This document shows, in pieces, positions 8,475 through 17,626 of a DNA stretch of 64,000 bases. This DNA is from a virus. Numbering within the stretch: the stretch's first letter is position 1; each line of letters starts with the position of its first letter. The notes under the pieces were generated by a model. That model did not search any database and was not told the origin of the DNA. It was given only the letters and a program-made list of their open reading frames with translations. The DNA lies in the IMG/VR virus record IMGVR_UViG_3300032174_000002, positions 1 through 64,000 of that record. One strand, given 5' to 3'. The translations under genes and the position numbers were made by a program.

Positions 8475-8948
8475 TTACGGCAGCGAGTAGTGGATCGTGA
8501 CCCGGGCGTGCCCGGCGGTGGCGGCCGTGCCGGTCTGGCCGTAGGTGACCTGGTAGGTGGTCGCGGCGGCCAGGGGCGCGGCAACGATGCCAGCGGTCTG
8601 GCGGGTCGCCGAGGCCGGGTTCAGAACGCCGGAGGCGACCAGCGAGCCCGGGCTGCCGGCGGTGCCGACCTGCAGGGTGTTCGTGGTGCCGGCGTTGAAG
8701 GCGATGTCGACCGTCGAAGTGACGGTGTCGATGACGGCCCCGGCGGGGATCGGCCCCAGGATGGCAACGCCGCCGGCGGCGCCGAACGCGAGGTCGGCGT
8801 AGACGCAGAGCTGCTCGCGCACCTGGACCCGCACGCCGTCCGCCCCGACACGCTCATTGCCGGCGCCGACCTCGCGGTAGGGGAAGGCTGGGCCGGGACC
8901 AGCCCCCGTCCGGAAGCCCGCGCCGCCCTGCTGTAGGTTGCTGCCCAT
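8475..8948 (-). CDS. Putative capsid cement/decoration protein (jelly-roll)
   Basis: IPAGAVI...VDIAFNAGTTNTLQVGT...AATAGHARVTIHY, directly after the MCP. Confidence 0.6.
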   Translation of the reverse strand: MGSNLQQGGAGFRTGAGPGPAFPYREVGAGNERVGADGVRVQVREQLCVYADLAFGAAGGVAILGPIPAGAVIDTVTSTVDIAFNAGTTNTLQVGTAGSPGSLVASGVLNPASATRQTAGIVAAPLAAATTYQVTYGQTGTAATAGHARVTIHYSLP

Positions 8949-9008
8949 CGGCTCACCTCGCTTTGTAGTTTCTCGACCTCATCCGTGGTTGGATTTCTAC
9001 AAAGCCGG

Positions 9009-10307
9009 CTAGCTGACGCCGACGCGGAGGATGCGCATCGCCTCGCCGAGAACGACCTGGGCGCCGATGCGCTTCGACATCTTGAAGACCACGTTCGGGT
9101 GCGCGGTCAGCATGTCGCGGATGATCCGGATGCCGCGGCGGTCGACGATCCGGTACGCCCGCTGCCAGTCGGCGAAGGCGACGACGGCCGCCCCGGTGGC
9201 GAAGGTGCCGGCGCCGAAGCCGGTCGGCCCCGGCATCGCGAAGCTCTCGAACCACTTGTAGCCGGCCAAGAGGCTCGGCGCGCCCTCGCGGGTGCTGGGC
9301 TGCCACAGGTAATTGCCGATCGCGTCCTTGAGCTGCATGAGGTAGCCCGCGGTCAGCCGCGAGAAGGTCGCCACCGCGTTGGCCGCGTAGGGGGTCGGCA
9401 GCGAGTAGAAGCAGGCGATCAGCGAGTCCATCGAGATGTCGTTCGCCAGGCCGGAGGGGACGGTGGGGACCTCGCCCCCGTTCTGGTCGGAGGCGGTCAG
9501 GAAGCCCTGCGGCTCGTTGCTGCTGGCGCCGCCGCCGATCACGAAGCGCTGGCCTTCCCAGACGGCGAAGTCCAGTTCGGCATCCGCCCCGATCTCGGCC
9601 TCGAGGTCATAGAGCGTATCCTCGAGCATGGTCAGCGTCACGCCCGGCTCGGCCACCGACTCGTAGATCGGGATCTCGAGCGCCTGGTACATATTGCGAG
9701 GCGTGGTCTCGGTGTTTCGAGTCGCCGTGTCCCGCTGGGAGACGTCGGTGATCGTGAACCGCTGGGTCGAGCGCCGGATAATCCGCAGGCTCCCGGTGCC
9801 GACCGTCGACACGCGGGCATACTGACGGATCGGCGTCACCTGGAGCAGGCGGTGCAGGATGCCCGCTTCCATGGTGGGCGCCGTCAGCACGCCGCCGCCG
9901 GGGTCCGTGTCGGACGACAGCGCCTTCTTCTCCATCCCATTCAGGAGATCCCACTCCTTCGCCTCGAGGGCCTTCTCGCCCTTGCGGAGGTAACGGTCGA
10001 AGGCCTTGTGCTCCTCGTCGCTCTCGACGTACATCTTGGTCGAGCCGCCGCCGGGGATCGGGTCGCCGTGGGCGTCGAGGCGCGGCGCGCGGGCGAGCTT
10101 TTGGATCGCCAGGCTCGCGTTCTCGTTGGCCGCCTTGAGGTTGGTGATCAGGGTTTCCAGCTCGACCACCTTGACGCCGAAGTCCTGCATCTTCTTGGCG
10201 TGCTCGCCCACGTCGCCCTTGATCTTCTCGGTGTCCTCGTGCCACCTGCGCACTTCACCGACCATCTGGTTGAGGTCGTCGACCGCCTTGGTCACTGCCG
10301 CATCCAT
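9009..10307 (-). CDS. Major capsid protein, HK97 family
   Basis: Coiled-coil delta domain, AFDRYLRKG, KALSSDTDPGGG, LKDAIGNYLWQP, FADWQRAYRIVDR, KRIGAQV; GAGGAG RBS before MDAAV. Confidence 0.96.
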   Translation of the reverse strand: MDAAVTKAVDDLNQMVGEVRRWHEDTEKIKGDVGEHAKKMQDFGVKVVELETLITNLKAANENASLAIQKLARAPRLDAHGDPIPGGGSTKMYVESDEEHKAFDRYLRKGEKALEAKEWDLLNGMEKKALSSDTDPGGGVLTAPTMEAGILHRLLQVTPIRQYARVSTVGTGSLRIIRRSTQRFTITDVSQRDTATRNTETTPRNMYQALEIPIYESVAEPGVTLTMLEDTLYDLEAEIGADAELDFAVWEGQRFVIGGGASSNEPQGFLTASDQNGGEVPTVPSGLANDISMDSLIACFYSLPTPYAANAVATFSRLTAGYLMQLKDAIGNYLWQPSTREGAPSLLAGYKWFESFAMPGPTGFGAGTFATGAAVVAFADWQRAYRIVDRRGIRIIRDMLTAHPNVVFKMSKRIGAQVVLGEAMRILRVGVS

Positions 10308-10317
10308 AGCTTTCTCC

Positions 10318-11799
10318 TCAGAGCCTCGGCGCCATGTCTCGGACACCGTTCAGGTTCGCCACTGCGGCCGTGAGCGCCGCGACCTCTTCCGCCGTCATCT
10401 CTTCGTCGTCGCCACCGCCGGCGGTCTCCAGCTCCGGGTCGGACACCGGCTCGTCCGGCGGGTCCTCCGGCGGTAGCCCGGCCACGACCCGCAGCGAGTC
10501 GGCCGCGTCCTCGAACATGTCGATCGCCTCGAGGATGGTCTCCTCGGCGAGCTCGGCGAACGCCTCCGGGCTGCACAGCCACTGGATCGCCCGCGGCAAC
10601 TGCCACAGGATCTGGCTGATGTCGTCGAGGCTCTTGACCCCGACCACGTTGGCCTGCTCGTCAACCGGGAAGGGGACGAAGCTGTACTCCTTAAGCTTCA
10701 GCGCCTTGAGGTACTGCGCCCGCTGGCCCTGGAAGACGCCCATCTCGGTCCCACCCGGCCGCGGCCGGAAGCCGATCGAGCAGTGCGTCAAGAGGCCATC
10801 CTTGATGTCCGCCAGGGTGTCGCGGCTCTTTTGTGAGCTGCCGAACCGGGAGACGACGAGGCAGCCCTTCGTGTCCTCCTCCATGTGGCGGGGGACGGCG
10901 ACGAGCGAGTTGCGGTCGTGGTTGTAGAGGCCCTTGATGAGTGGCAGGTCCTCAAGGATCGACTGCGCGAAGGCGCCTTTCACGGTCACGTCCCGGTCGA
11001 GGTCGAGGTGCTGGAAGGTGTTGATGTAGTGGGTCGCCTCGCCCTTGCCGGAGTCCTCCTGCTTGACCTCGAACTCGACCGCCAGGCTCTTCGTCAGGTA
11101 GGGGAGCGGGCCGCCGAAGCTGGGGGTGGTGAGGTCGGGTGCGCCCTTGAGCCGGAGCACCGGCCGCCAGATCCGCGCCTTGCCGGAGTCGTCGCTGCCG
11201 ATCGACGAATAGCGCTTGTGGACCTTCGCGGCGATGGCGTCGGCCTGCGCCTGGGTCAGCGTCTTGCCGACCTGCTGCGCGGAGCGGGCGAGCGCGTTGC
11301 GGCCGCGGGCGATCGTGTCGATCGGGTAGGTGCGATCGGGGCCGGCGAAGTCGGCGTCGGAGAGCTTCTTGCGCTGCTTGCCGGAGAGGGCGGCCTTGAA
11401 GGCCGCGGCCGGGTCGCCGCCGAACGCCGTCTGCATCTTCGCCCCCCGCGCCAGAGCTGCCCGCTGCGAGTGCCAGACCGCCCGGTCGTTGTGGTGCTGG
11501 ATCTGCGCTTGCGCGTCGCCCTGGTAGCCGGCTGGCCCCATGGCCGCGGTGCGGAGAGCGTCGGCCGCGGCGGTGTGAGCAACGGCGGCGGTACGGTGGG
11601 CCTTGGCGGCTGCGGCCTTGTCGGTCGAGCTACCGGATTTCAGGGCGCGGTCGGAAGCTACCGTGGCTTCGGCGGAGCGCTTGTGCGCGGTGGCGGGAGC
11701 GGCGGCCCACTTGCCGGCGAGACGGGGATGGCCGGGCGGGACCCCCTTGAGGTCCAGCCCTTCCGCGCCAGCGAAGGCGAGCGTGGTCTGCTCGGGCAT
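10318..11799 (-). CDS. HK97-type prohead protease with a long N-terminal extension
   Basis: DLDRDVTVKGAFAQS, LYNHD, SIGF, LKEYSFVPFP motifs (peptidase S78). Confidence 0.9.
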   Translation of the reverse strand: MPEQTTLAFAGAEGLDLKGVPPGHPRLAGKWAAAPATAHKRSAEATVASDRALKSGSSTDKAAAAKAHRTAAVAHTAAADALRTAAMGPAGYQGDAQAQIQHHNDRAVWHSQRAALARGAKMQTAFGGDPAAAFKAALSGKQRKKLSDADFAGPDRTYPIDTIARGRNALARSAQQVGKTLTQAQADAIAAKVHKRYSSIGSDDSGKARIWRPVLRLKGAPDLTTPSFGGPLPYLTKSLAVEFEVKQEDSGKGEATHYINTFQHLDLDRDVTVKGAFAQSILEDLPLIKGLYNHDRNSLVAVPRHMEEDTKGCLVVSRFGSSQKSRDTLADIKDGLLTHCSIGFRPRPGGTEMGVFQGQRAQYLKALKLKEYSFVPFPVDEQANVVGVKSLDDISQILWQLPRAIQWLCSPEAFAELAEETILEAIDMFEDAADSLRVVAGLPPEDPPDEPVSDPELETAGGGDDEEMTAEEVAALTAAVANLNGVRDMAPRL

Positions 11800-11853
11800 C
11801 CTGGCGGGTAGTGTCGTCCCGCCTGGTGTCTACCTCTGTCTACCGTCCACCAT

Positions 11854-11949
11854 TGGGGAAGAACGCGGCCCTGGCTGGGGAATAACCGCCAGGGCCTGGG
11901 GAAAGACCCTGAATCGCTGGGGAAAAACCCTGTCGGGTTGGGGAAGAAC
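11854..11949. repeat. Five phased 11-bp direct repeats TGGGGAANRAC, 21-22 bp period
   Basis: Copies start at 11854, 11876, 11897, 11918 and 11939. Confidence 0.9.
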
Positions 11950-12347
11950 TACGCCCGCTGGGGACTCGGCTGGCGCTTGACCGCCACTCGGCGCCGCCCT
12001 TCGAGCGCGGCCGCGTCCCAGGCCAGCTTGAATTCCCGGTCGGAAGCCGACGCCTTGTAGGCCATCCCGCGGCTCACGCCGACAAAGTCGCAGGCCGCCG
12101 CAACGCCCCGCCCGGCGGCGAGCTCGGCCAGGAACCGGACCCGCCAGCCGCCTGGCTCGGCCGCCTGGTCCTGCGCCTCGACCGCCGCGTCCGGGGGCCA
12201 GGTGGTGCGGAGCCAGCCCTCGATCCCGGGGATCGGGCAGCCGTGGAGCTTCCACCAGACGCCGGCGACCAAGAGGGCGGCCCTCTCCCTGGCGATGCCG
12301 ACGCGGCGGGCCTCGAGGAGGACGATGGAGAGGTCGGGGAGGTCCAT
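11949..12347 (-). CDS. HTH protein (terminase-small-subunit-like HTH)
   Basis: FLAELAAGRGVAAACDFVGVSRGMAYK...DREFKLAWDAA. Confidence 0.65.
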   Translation of the reverse strand: MDLPDLSIVLLEARRVGIARERAALLVAGVWWKLHGCPIPGIEGWLRTTWPPDAAVEAQDQAAEPGGWRVRFLAELAAGRGVAAACDFVGVSRGMAYKASASDREFKLAWDAAALEGRRRVAVKRQPSPQRA

Positions 12348-12349
12348 GG

Positions 12350-12871
12350 CTACCAGGTGGTCGCTCCGCGCGGGATCGAGTCGCCGTGGGTCTCGTCCCC
12401 GAGGTCCCGGTTGGCGTAGTCGTCGCAGCGGCCGGTCTGCTCGTTCCAGTGCCGGCAGGCGAACACATCGCGGACCTCGCTCCACTTCGGATCGCGCACC
12501 CAGGCATAGGCTGTCCAGCCGGCCCGGATGGCGCCTGGGCCGATCCAGTCGTGGCGGAGCGGACCTACCGTGATCTGGCGCTCGCCGTTCGTGAAGGCGA
12601 TGTGGATCGGCTCGCCGTCGGGGGAGGATCCAAGGTCGCGTGACCAGTGCGCGGCAGCGCCCCCGCCGTGCGCCACGAAGCCGAGCCGCTCGATCCGCGC
12701 CGTCGCTTCCTCAGCGGTGAGTGGAATCAGCATGGCGAGGAGCAGCGGGGCGTCGTCGCCCATGGGGTTGTCGTCGCTCTTGTTGAAGGACTCGCCGGCG
12801 CGAAGCCGGTCGAGCGTCAACTCGCCGAGCGTGAAGACGGCAAAGCACTGCCCGGTGCAGCGGCCCCGCAT
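12350..12871 (-). CDS. Cys-cluster protein (YkgJ-like)
   Basis: RCTGQC at the N-terminus and FACRHWNEQTGRCDDYANR at the C-terminus. Confidence 0.45.
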   Translation of the reverse strand: MRGRCTGQCFAVFTLGELTLDRLRAGESFNKSDDNPMGDDAPLLLAMLIPLTAEEATARIERLGFVAHGGGAAAHWSRDLGSSPDGEPIHIAFTNGERQITVGPLRHDWIGPGAIRAGWTAYAWVRDPKWSEVRDVFACRHWNEQTGRCDDYANRDLGDETHGDSIPRGATTW

Positions 12872-13140
12872 CAGCCCTCCACGAGATGGTCTGGCGACAA
12901 CTCGACGCAAGAGAGTTGCGCACAGAGATCCGCATGCTGGTCGAAGACCGCCTGCATCTCAACGGCGATCTCTTGCTGGTAGCGGCCGAGCTTGGAGTTG
13001 AACTGGTCGGCGGCGATCCGGCTCGGACTGGCACCGTAGATCAGCGGCTCGGCGAGGATGCCGTAGTAGCGATAGAGGGATCGGCCCGCGCGCCAGTTAC
13101 GGTGGCGCCAGACGGCGCGGCTGAGGGCGCGGAGTCTCAC
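12871..13140 (-). CDS. Hypothetical protein
   Basis: Coupled ORF in operon direction. Confidence 0.45.
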   Translation of the reverse strand: MRLRALSRAVWRHRNWRAGRSLYRYYGILAEPLIYGASPSRIAADQFNSKLGRYQQEIAVEMQAVFDQHADLCAQLSCVELSPDHLVEG

Positions 13141-13433
13141 CGGCCGCCACCGAGCAACCGCTTCGCCGCCGCCAAGTGCCGGCCGATCTGCTGGCTCGCC
13201 AGCTTCGGGCTGATCTGGCCGGCGTCGAGCGCGGTCAGGAGGGTCTGGGCCGCAGCGATCTCGGCGTGGACTGCGGCGTGGGACTGCTCGCCGCGCGGCT
13301 CGAGCGGGCGCCGTGCGCGACCGAGGACGTGGCGCCGGTCCTCGGCTTCGCGCGCCGAGATGGAAGGATGCTGCTGGACGTCGGCCTTTCCCCGCCGGCC
13401 GGCGCTGTCGGGTCCATAGGCGTCGAGAGCCAT
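13137..13433 (-). CDS. Hypothetical protein
   Basis: Coupled ORF with GGAG RBS. Confidence 0.5.
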   Translation of the reverse strand: MALDAYGPDSAGRRGKADVQQHPSISAREAEDRRHVLGRARRPLEPRGEQSHAAVHAEIAAAQTLLTALDAGQISPKLASQQIGRHLAAAKRLLGGGR

Positions 13434-13436
13434 GGG

Positions 13437-14084
13437 CTACTCCGCCGCCCTCTTCGGCGGGCAGATGCAGGAGTCGCCGAGCGCATCGCCGATCGCCTCC
13501 GTCAACTCGCGGAGGGCGCGCAGGAGATAGTCCTCCTCTGGCGTCGGGTCGAGGAACCGGATGCGCGGGTCCTCGGCCTGGCGCGCGGCGATCGCCCGGG
13601 CGTCAGCGAGGCGGTCAAGATCAACAGAGACCCGCGGATGGCTCATCCATTTCGCAAACGCTTCCCGCTCGCCCGGCGCCGTCGGATCGTAGGCGGCTTC
13701 GCCCTCCACCGCCGCCACGACCTCCTCCTCAGTGCCGCGCACCACCAGCGGCTCGTCGAGCATGGCGAGGTAGACGTTGCAGTACTCGACCTCATCGCTA
13801 GCTGGCGCGCCCAAGCCCTCGATCGACAGTACCTTTGTCCGGTCGATGGCGATCGGCTGGTCCCGGGCGTTGCGGAGCTGGACGAAGACGGGGGCCGGCG
13901 GGGTGGCCTTGCGGTTGGCGGCCAGATCGAGCACCGCCTGGCAGGTATCGCGGACCTCCTCCATCAGCTTCTCGTACCGCTTGAGATCTTCTTCGCCCGC
14001 GGCCTCGGCCATCTCGCGCAAGGCGTCCTGGCGATGCCGCTCCCCGAGAGCTTCAAGATCTTCAACCTCCCTCGTTCCTGTCAT
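13437..14084 (-). CDS. Hypothetical protein
   Basis: Acidic 215-aa ORF, ATGA overlap. Confidence 0.6.
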   Translation of the reverse strand: MTGTREVEDLEALGERHRQDALREMAEAAGEEDLKRYEKLMEEVRDTCQAVLDLAANRKATPPAPVFVQLRNARDQPIAIDRTKVLSIEGLGAPASDEVEYCNVYLAMLDEPLVVRGTEEEVVAAVEGEAAYDPTAPGEREAFAKWMSHPRVSVDLDRLADARAIAARQAEDPRIRFLDPTPEEDYLLRALRELTEAIGDALGDSCICPPKRAAE

Positions 14085-14299
14085 GGCTGGTCCCTTTCTC
14101 GGCCGATCACCTCGGCCGCCTTCTTCCTGACCTGGTGCAGCTCGTCCTGGGTGATGAGGCCGAGCCAACGGTCTGCCTCAGCCACGCGGAGCTGAAGCCG
14201 GGCCTGATTCGCGGTCGGCATCGGGTAGCGGCCGTGCCGGTAGTTCTCGGCCGCGGTGGTCGGCGCTGGCGGGAGCCGGTCGCGATCGGCCTGCTTCAT
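14081..14299 (-). CDS. Small protein resembling the protease N-terminal motif (DUF6582-like)
   Basis: DRDRLP...GRYPMPTANQARLQL...GLITQDELHQVRKKA. Confidence 0.45.
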   Translation of the reverse strand: MKQADRDRLPPAPTTAAENYRHGRYPMPTANQARLQLRVAEADRWLGLITQDELHQVRKKAAEVIGRERDQP

Positions 14300-14653
14300 G
14301 CCGGCGCTTCCTCTGGCCTCAAGACGCCGATGACGGTCTCGGTCGCCTGGTCCCGAGGCATCGCCCTGATCGCCGCCTGCTGCTCCGCGGTGAAGACGAT
14401 GCCGGGCCGGAAGAGAGCCGGGCACTCCCGCCGCAGGTAGGCCATGAGCATCGCCCGGGCCGCCTTCTCGGCCATCGTCAAGGTCGCCACCGCAGCGCGT
14501 CCGCCAGGTGGTGCCGGAGCGCGTACATCCTGGTCTGGTCGTCGCGCCGCCAGTTGTAGCGGGTGACGGCGATGTGGAAGTAGAGCATGTCGAGGAAGAA
14601 GGCGCAGGCGGCAATCGCGGTCCAGTGGGAGTTCCAGAAGCGCTCAGTCCTGG

Positions 14654-15658
14654 TCACGCAGCTTCCTCCTCAGCCGCCACGAGGCGCTCGGAGCAGTTGC
14701 ACGATGGATGTGCTGGCGGACCTTCGCCAGCATCCTCATCCTCGTACTCGCCATCGATCGCCCTGGTCAGCCCGTCGAGATCGGCGCAGATGGCGGAACA
14801 CGCCGTCGGACTGGCCACCCATTCCACCTCATATGCCTCGCCGTCCAGCTTACCTTGATCCACGGCGTCATTCCAGACGTCATTCTGTCCCGCGTTCCCG
14901 GCCCGGCTCGCCTCGGTCCTGGCGATCATCTCCCCGCGGTAGTCGAGCATCTCCTGGTAGCGCTGGTCGATGGCGTCCTGCATCGCCGCATCCGACATGT
15001 CCGCCCGGTCGGTCTGCGCTAGGGCGTCGATGTAGTTGTCGAGCGCCACGGCCTGCCGCTCGTTCAGGCCGATGAAGCCAGCCATGGTCTGCGCGTCGAG
15101 CACGCGGGAGATGTCCCGGCCGACGTCGTAGACGTCCTGGCCCCCGCGCTCCATCGCGGAGGAGAGCAGCTCGCGGATGCCGGCCTTCGTCTCGCCGGTC
15201 AGCGCCTGCGCCAGGTCGGCACCATGCTCGGTCAGCCAGTCGGCGGCCTCGGAGCGGATCAGGCTGTGGTCGAGCTCCACGGCGACGTGGGCCGGGAGCG
15301 TGCCGAGCGCCAGGTCGACGCCGGCGTTGTAGGGCGCCGCCAGCGGACCGGGCTTCTCTCCCGAGGCGGCGATCCCGGCGATCGCTGACTGCAGGTCGTC
15401 GAACGGGATGGCGTCGAGCGCCTCGTCGAGGTCCCCGGAGGCCAGGGCGCGCTTCAGCTGCCGGAGATCCACGCCGTCGATGGCGTCGGCGATCGCCGAG
15501 AGGAAGGCGTCTTTCAGCCCGGGAGCCGCCTTGTCGATCGCCTCCCCCAGAGCGTCGAGCAGCTCCTGGCGGCTGATCTCCTGGATGGCGCCGGCGTAGC
15601 CCTCGGAGGTCTCCTCGGTGGCGACGGAGGAGCCGGAGACGACGGAGGGGTCAGGCAC
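14654..15658 (-). CDS. Head morphogenesis protein (MuF/SPP1 gp7)
   Basis: MIARTEASRA...WVASPTACSAICADLDG...PPAHPSCNCS. Confidence 0.9.
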   Translation of the reverse strand: MPDPSVVSGSSVATEETSEGYAGAIQEISRQELLDALGEAIDKAAPGLKDAFLSAIADAIDGVDLRQLKRALASGDLDEALDAIPFDDLQSAIAGIAASGEKPGPLAAPYNAGVDLALGTLPAHVAVELDHSLIRSEAADWLTEHGADLAQALTGETKAGIRELLSSAMERGGQDVYDVGRDISRVLDAQTMAGFIGLNERQAVALDNYIDALAQTDRADMSDAAMQDAIDQRYQEMLDYRGEMIARTEASRAGNAGQNDVWNDAVDQGKLDGEAYEVEWVASPTACSAICADLDGLTRAIDGEYEDEDAGEGPPAHPSCNCSERLVAAEEEAA

Positions 15659-16298
15659 GTCGCTCCCGCATCGCGCGAGCCACAGCGCGCGCCGCCGCTG
15701 CCCACTTCATGCGGCAGGTCAGGCACTGGCAGAACAACGAATGGCCGAACACGATCGGCCGCAGCGGAGGCTCCGGCGTTGGCCCACTCTCGGCAGTCCG
15801 GCAAGGGAACCCGTTGATGGTCTGCTCAGCCATGGACCGCGAGTTCCGGCATCGGCTCGCTGAGCATCCCGACCATGCCCCACGGCCGCGCCAGGCGGTT
15901 CGCTCGATGCTGGTACCGCCAGCGCTCGCGGGGCGTCATCTCGGACAGCGAGCGAGGCACATGGACGAAGTAGATGGGCCGCCCTCGCCGATAGGGCGAA
16001 TCCTCGATCGCCAGTACCATATCGGCGAGAGTGGCGAGGAGGTCGTCAGCCATCCGATGCCTCGCGCGCTCGAATGCGAATGCTGCGCAGGGCCGCCAGG
16101 ACCTCCTGCAACAGCGGCAGCCACGGAACGCCGGGCTTCGCGAAGTCGGCGGCGAACTGCCTGGCTACATCCGGCGCAACCAGGATCGTAATGGCGCCCG
16201 GCGGAAGGCGGTCGTCAACGATCACCGGGAAGCCGGCGATAGTGTACGCGACGGGGGCCGCGGCCGGTGTCGGTACCAACATCGACGGCAAGGGTAAC

Positions 16299-16736
16299 TC
16301 AGCCGGCATGGTGCCCCTGGCGCAGCGCGCCGACGATCTCCGCTTCCAGGTTCGACCGCGCCCACCGCAGCACTCCAAGCGCCGCGGCCCAGGTGCGCGG
16401 CACGGCATCCGCGGCCCGCTTGCCCTCCCCGTAGCGCTCGTACGCCCGGCGCAGGATCTCCCGGCAGTCGTAGCGCGATACCCCGAACATCTCCCCGCAG
16501 CGCTCGAGGACGCAGATCGGGCAGCCGACGCCGTGGCTGCACTCGACGTAAGCCAGGCGCAGGAGGACCGCGGCGATAGCGACCTCGACGGTGGCCAGCT
16601 TGGCGGCGAGCGGGTTGTCGGCGTACCGCTGGCGCAGTTCGGTCGGCGCTGCCGCGGTGGCAAGTTGGGCGCCTTCAGTCGGACCGGCGCCAATGCGATT
16701 CGACGACGGCACGCCCCATGGCGTCAGTCGGCCCAC
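16299..16736 (-). CDS. Hypothetical protein
   Basis: 145-aa ORF with Cys cluster CSHGVGCPIC. Confidence 0.5.
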   Translation of the reverse strand: MGRLTPWGVPSSNRIGAGPTEGAQLATAAAPTELRQRYADNPLAAKLATVEVAIAAVLLRLAYVECSHGVGCPICVLERCGEMFGVSRYDCREILRRAYERYGEGKRAADAVPRTWAAALGVLRWARSNLEAEIVGALRQGHHAG

Positions 16737-16740
16737 GGCA

Positions 16741-16902
16741 TCAGGGTCCGACGATGCCGAGCGCGTGCCGCTCGAAGATCAGCAGCAGCACCAGGATGAT
16801 GAAGATGATCCATCCGATCGCGGCGCGCACGGTCAGGGCGCCCTCGGTCGGGCAGTGGGCCATGAAGAAGAATGCGAGGAGGAGGATGCAGAGGTACAAC
16901 AT
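16741..16902 (-). CDS. Small two-TM membrane protein
   Basis: MLYLCILLLAFFF...AAIGWIIFIILVLLLIF; AAGGA RBS. Confidence 0.55.
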   Translation of the reverse strand: MLYLCILLLAFFFMAHCPTEGALTVRAAIGWIIFIILVLLLIFERHALGIVGP

Positions 16903-16922
16903 CGCGCAGTTCCTTTCTCGGG

Positions 16923-17567
16923 TCAGGGTCCGCCGACGCCGGCGGGGAAGGTCATGTCGGTGCCGTCGTCCATGCGGGCCTTGAGCAGGCGCCCCTCTGG
17001 CGACACCTCGGTCACGCGACCTCGCCGCGGGCCGGCCGTGCCGCCGGTCACCTCGAGCGGATCGCCCGGAAGCCAGCCGGGTCCGGCAGCGCCGTGCGCG
17101 GCTTCGGGTGGCGCCGTGCGCATCCGGCGCCGCGCCCGCTTCGCCGCCTTCCCGCCCCGGGCCTTGTCGGTCCGGCGCACCGCTCCGTCCTTGCCGACCA
17201 CGTACTGCGCGCCGCTCTGAGACCGGAACCGCTGGCCGGACGTCCGCGGAACCTTGGCGATCGCCGCCTCGATCTCGATCGGGACGGAGCCGTCGCGGCG
17301 TGGCCTCTCGGCGCTCGGTGCGGCTCGGTGGCTCACGGCGACGAAGGCGGGGGCGGCCTTGCGGAGCCGGTCGCGGGCCTCGGCTGGCGTCTCGCGGCGT
17401 GGCCTGGGGATGTACTTCTCCGGCGCTAGGCCCAGCATCTCCATGACCCGCTCGTCCGCTTGCCGGCGGTCCAGCTCGATGCGGCCCAGCGCCCTCTCGC
17501 TGGCGCGGAGCTGGGCCTGGCCGAGGCGCTCGGAGCGCTTCAATTCTGCTGCTCCTCGGGTCGCCAT
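16923..17567 (-). CDS. Basic hypothetical protein
   Basis: 214-aa Arg-rich ORF with a KOW-like C-terminus. Confidence 0.5.
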   Translation of the reverse strand: MATRGAAELKRSERLGQAQLRASERALGRIELDRRQADERVMEMLGLAPEKYIPRPRRETPAEARDRLRKAAPAFVAVSHRAAPSAERPRRDGSVPIEIEAAIAKVPRTSGQRFRSQSGAQYVVGKDGAVRRTDKARGGKAAKRARRRMRTAPPEAAHGAAGPGWLPGDPLEVTGGTAGPRRGRVTEVSPEGRLLKARMDDGTDMTFPAGVGGP

Positions 17568-17626
17568 TCCAGCCGCCCATTACCGATATCGTAGGGCCGG
17601 GTGTACATCTACTCCACCCTCTCCGG

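Noticed and set aside
8965-9000. Hammerhead ribozyme (GAUGAG...GAAAC)
   Set aside because: Lacks the CUGAUGA core and stem II
8985-10373. Long plus-strand ORFs opposite structural genes (also 3200-4312, 17660-19429, and minus 56928-59189 opposite parB)
   Set aside because: Codon-aligned antisense shadows expected at high GC, with no motifs
11854-11949. CRISPR mini-array or DnaA boxes (GTTTTCCCC resembles type I-E repeat starts)
   Set aside because: Repeats are 11 bp with 10-11-bp spacers, non-palindromic, with no cas genes; most copies deviate from the DnaA box by two or more bases
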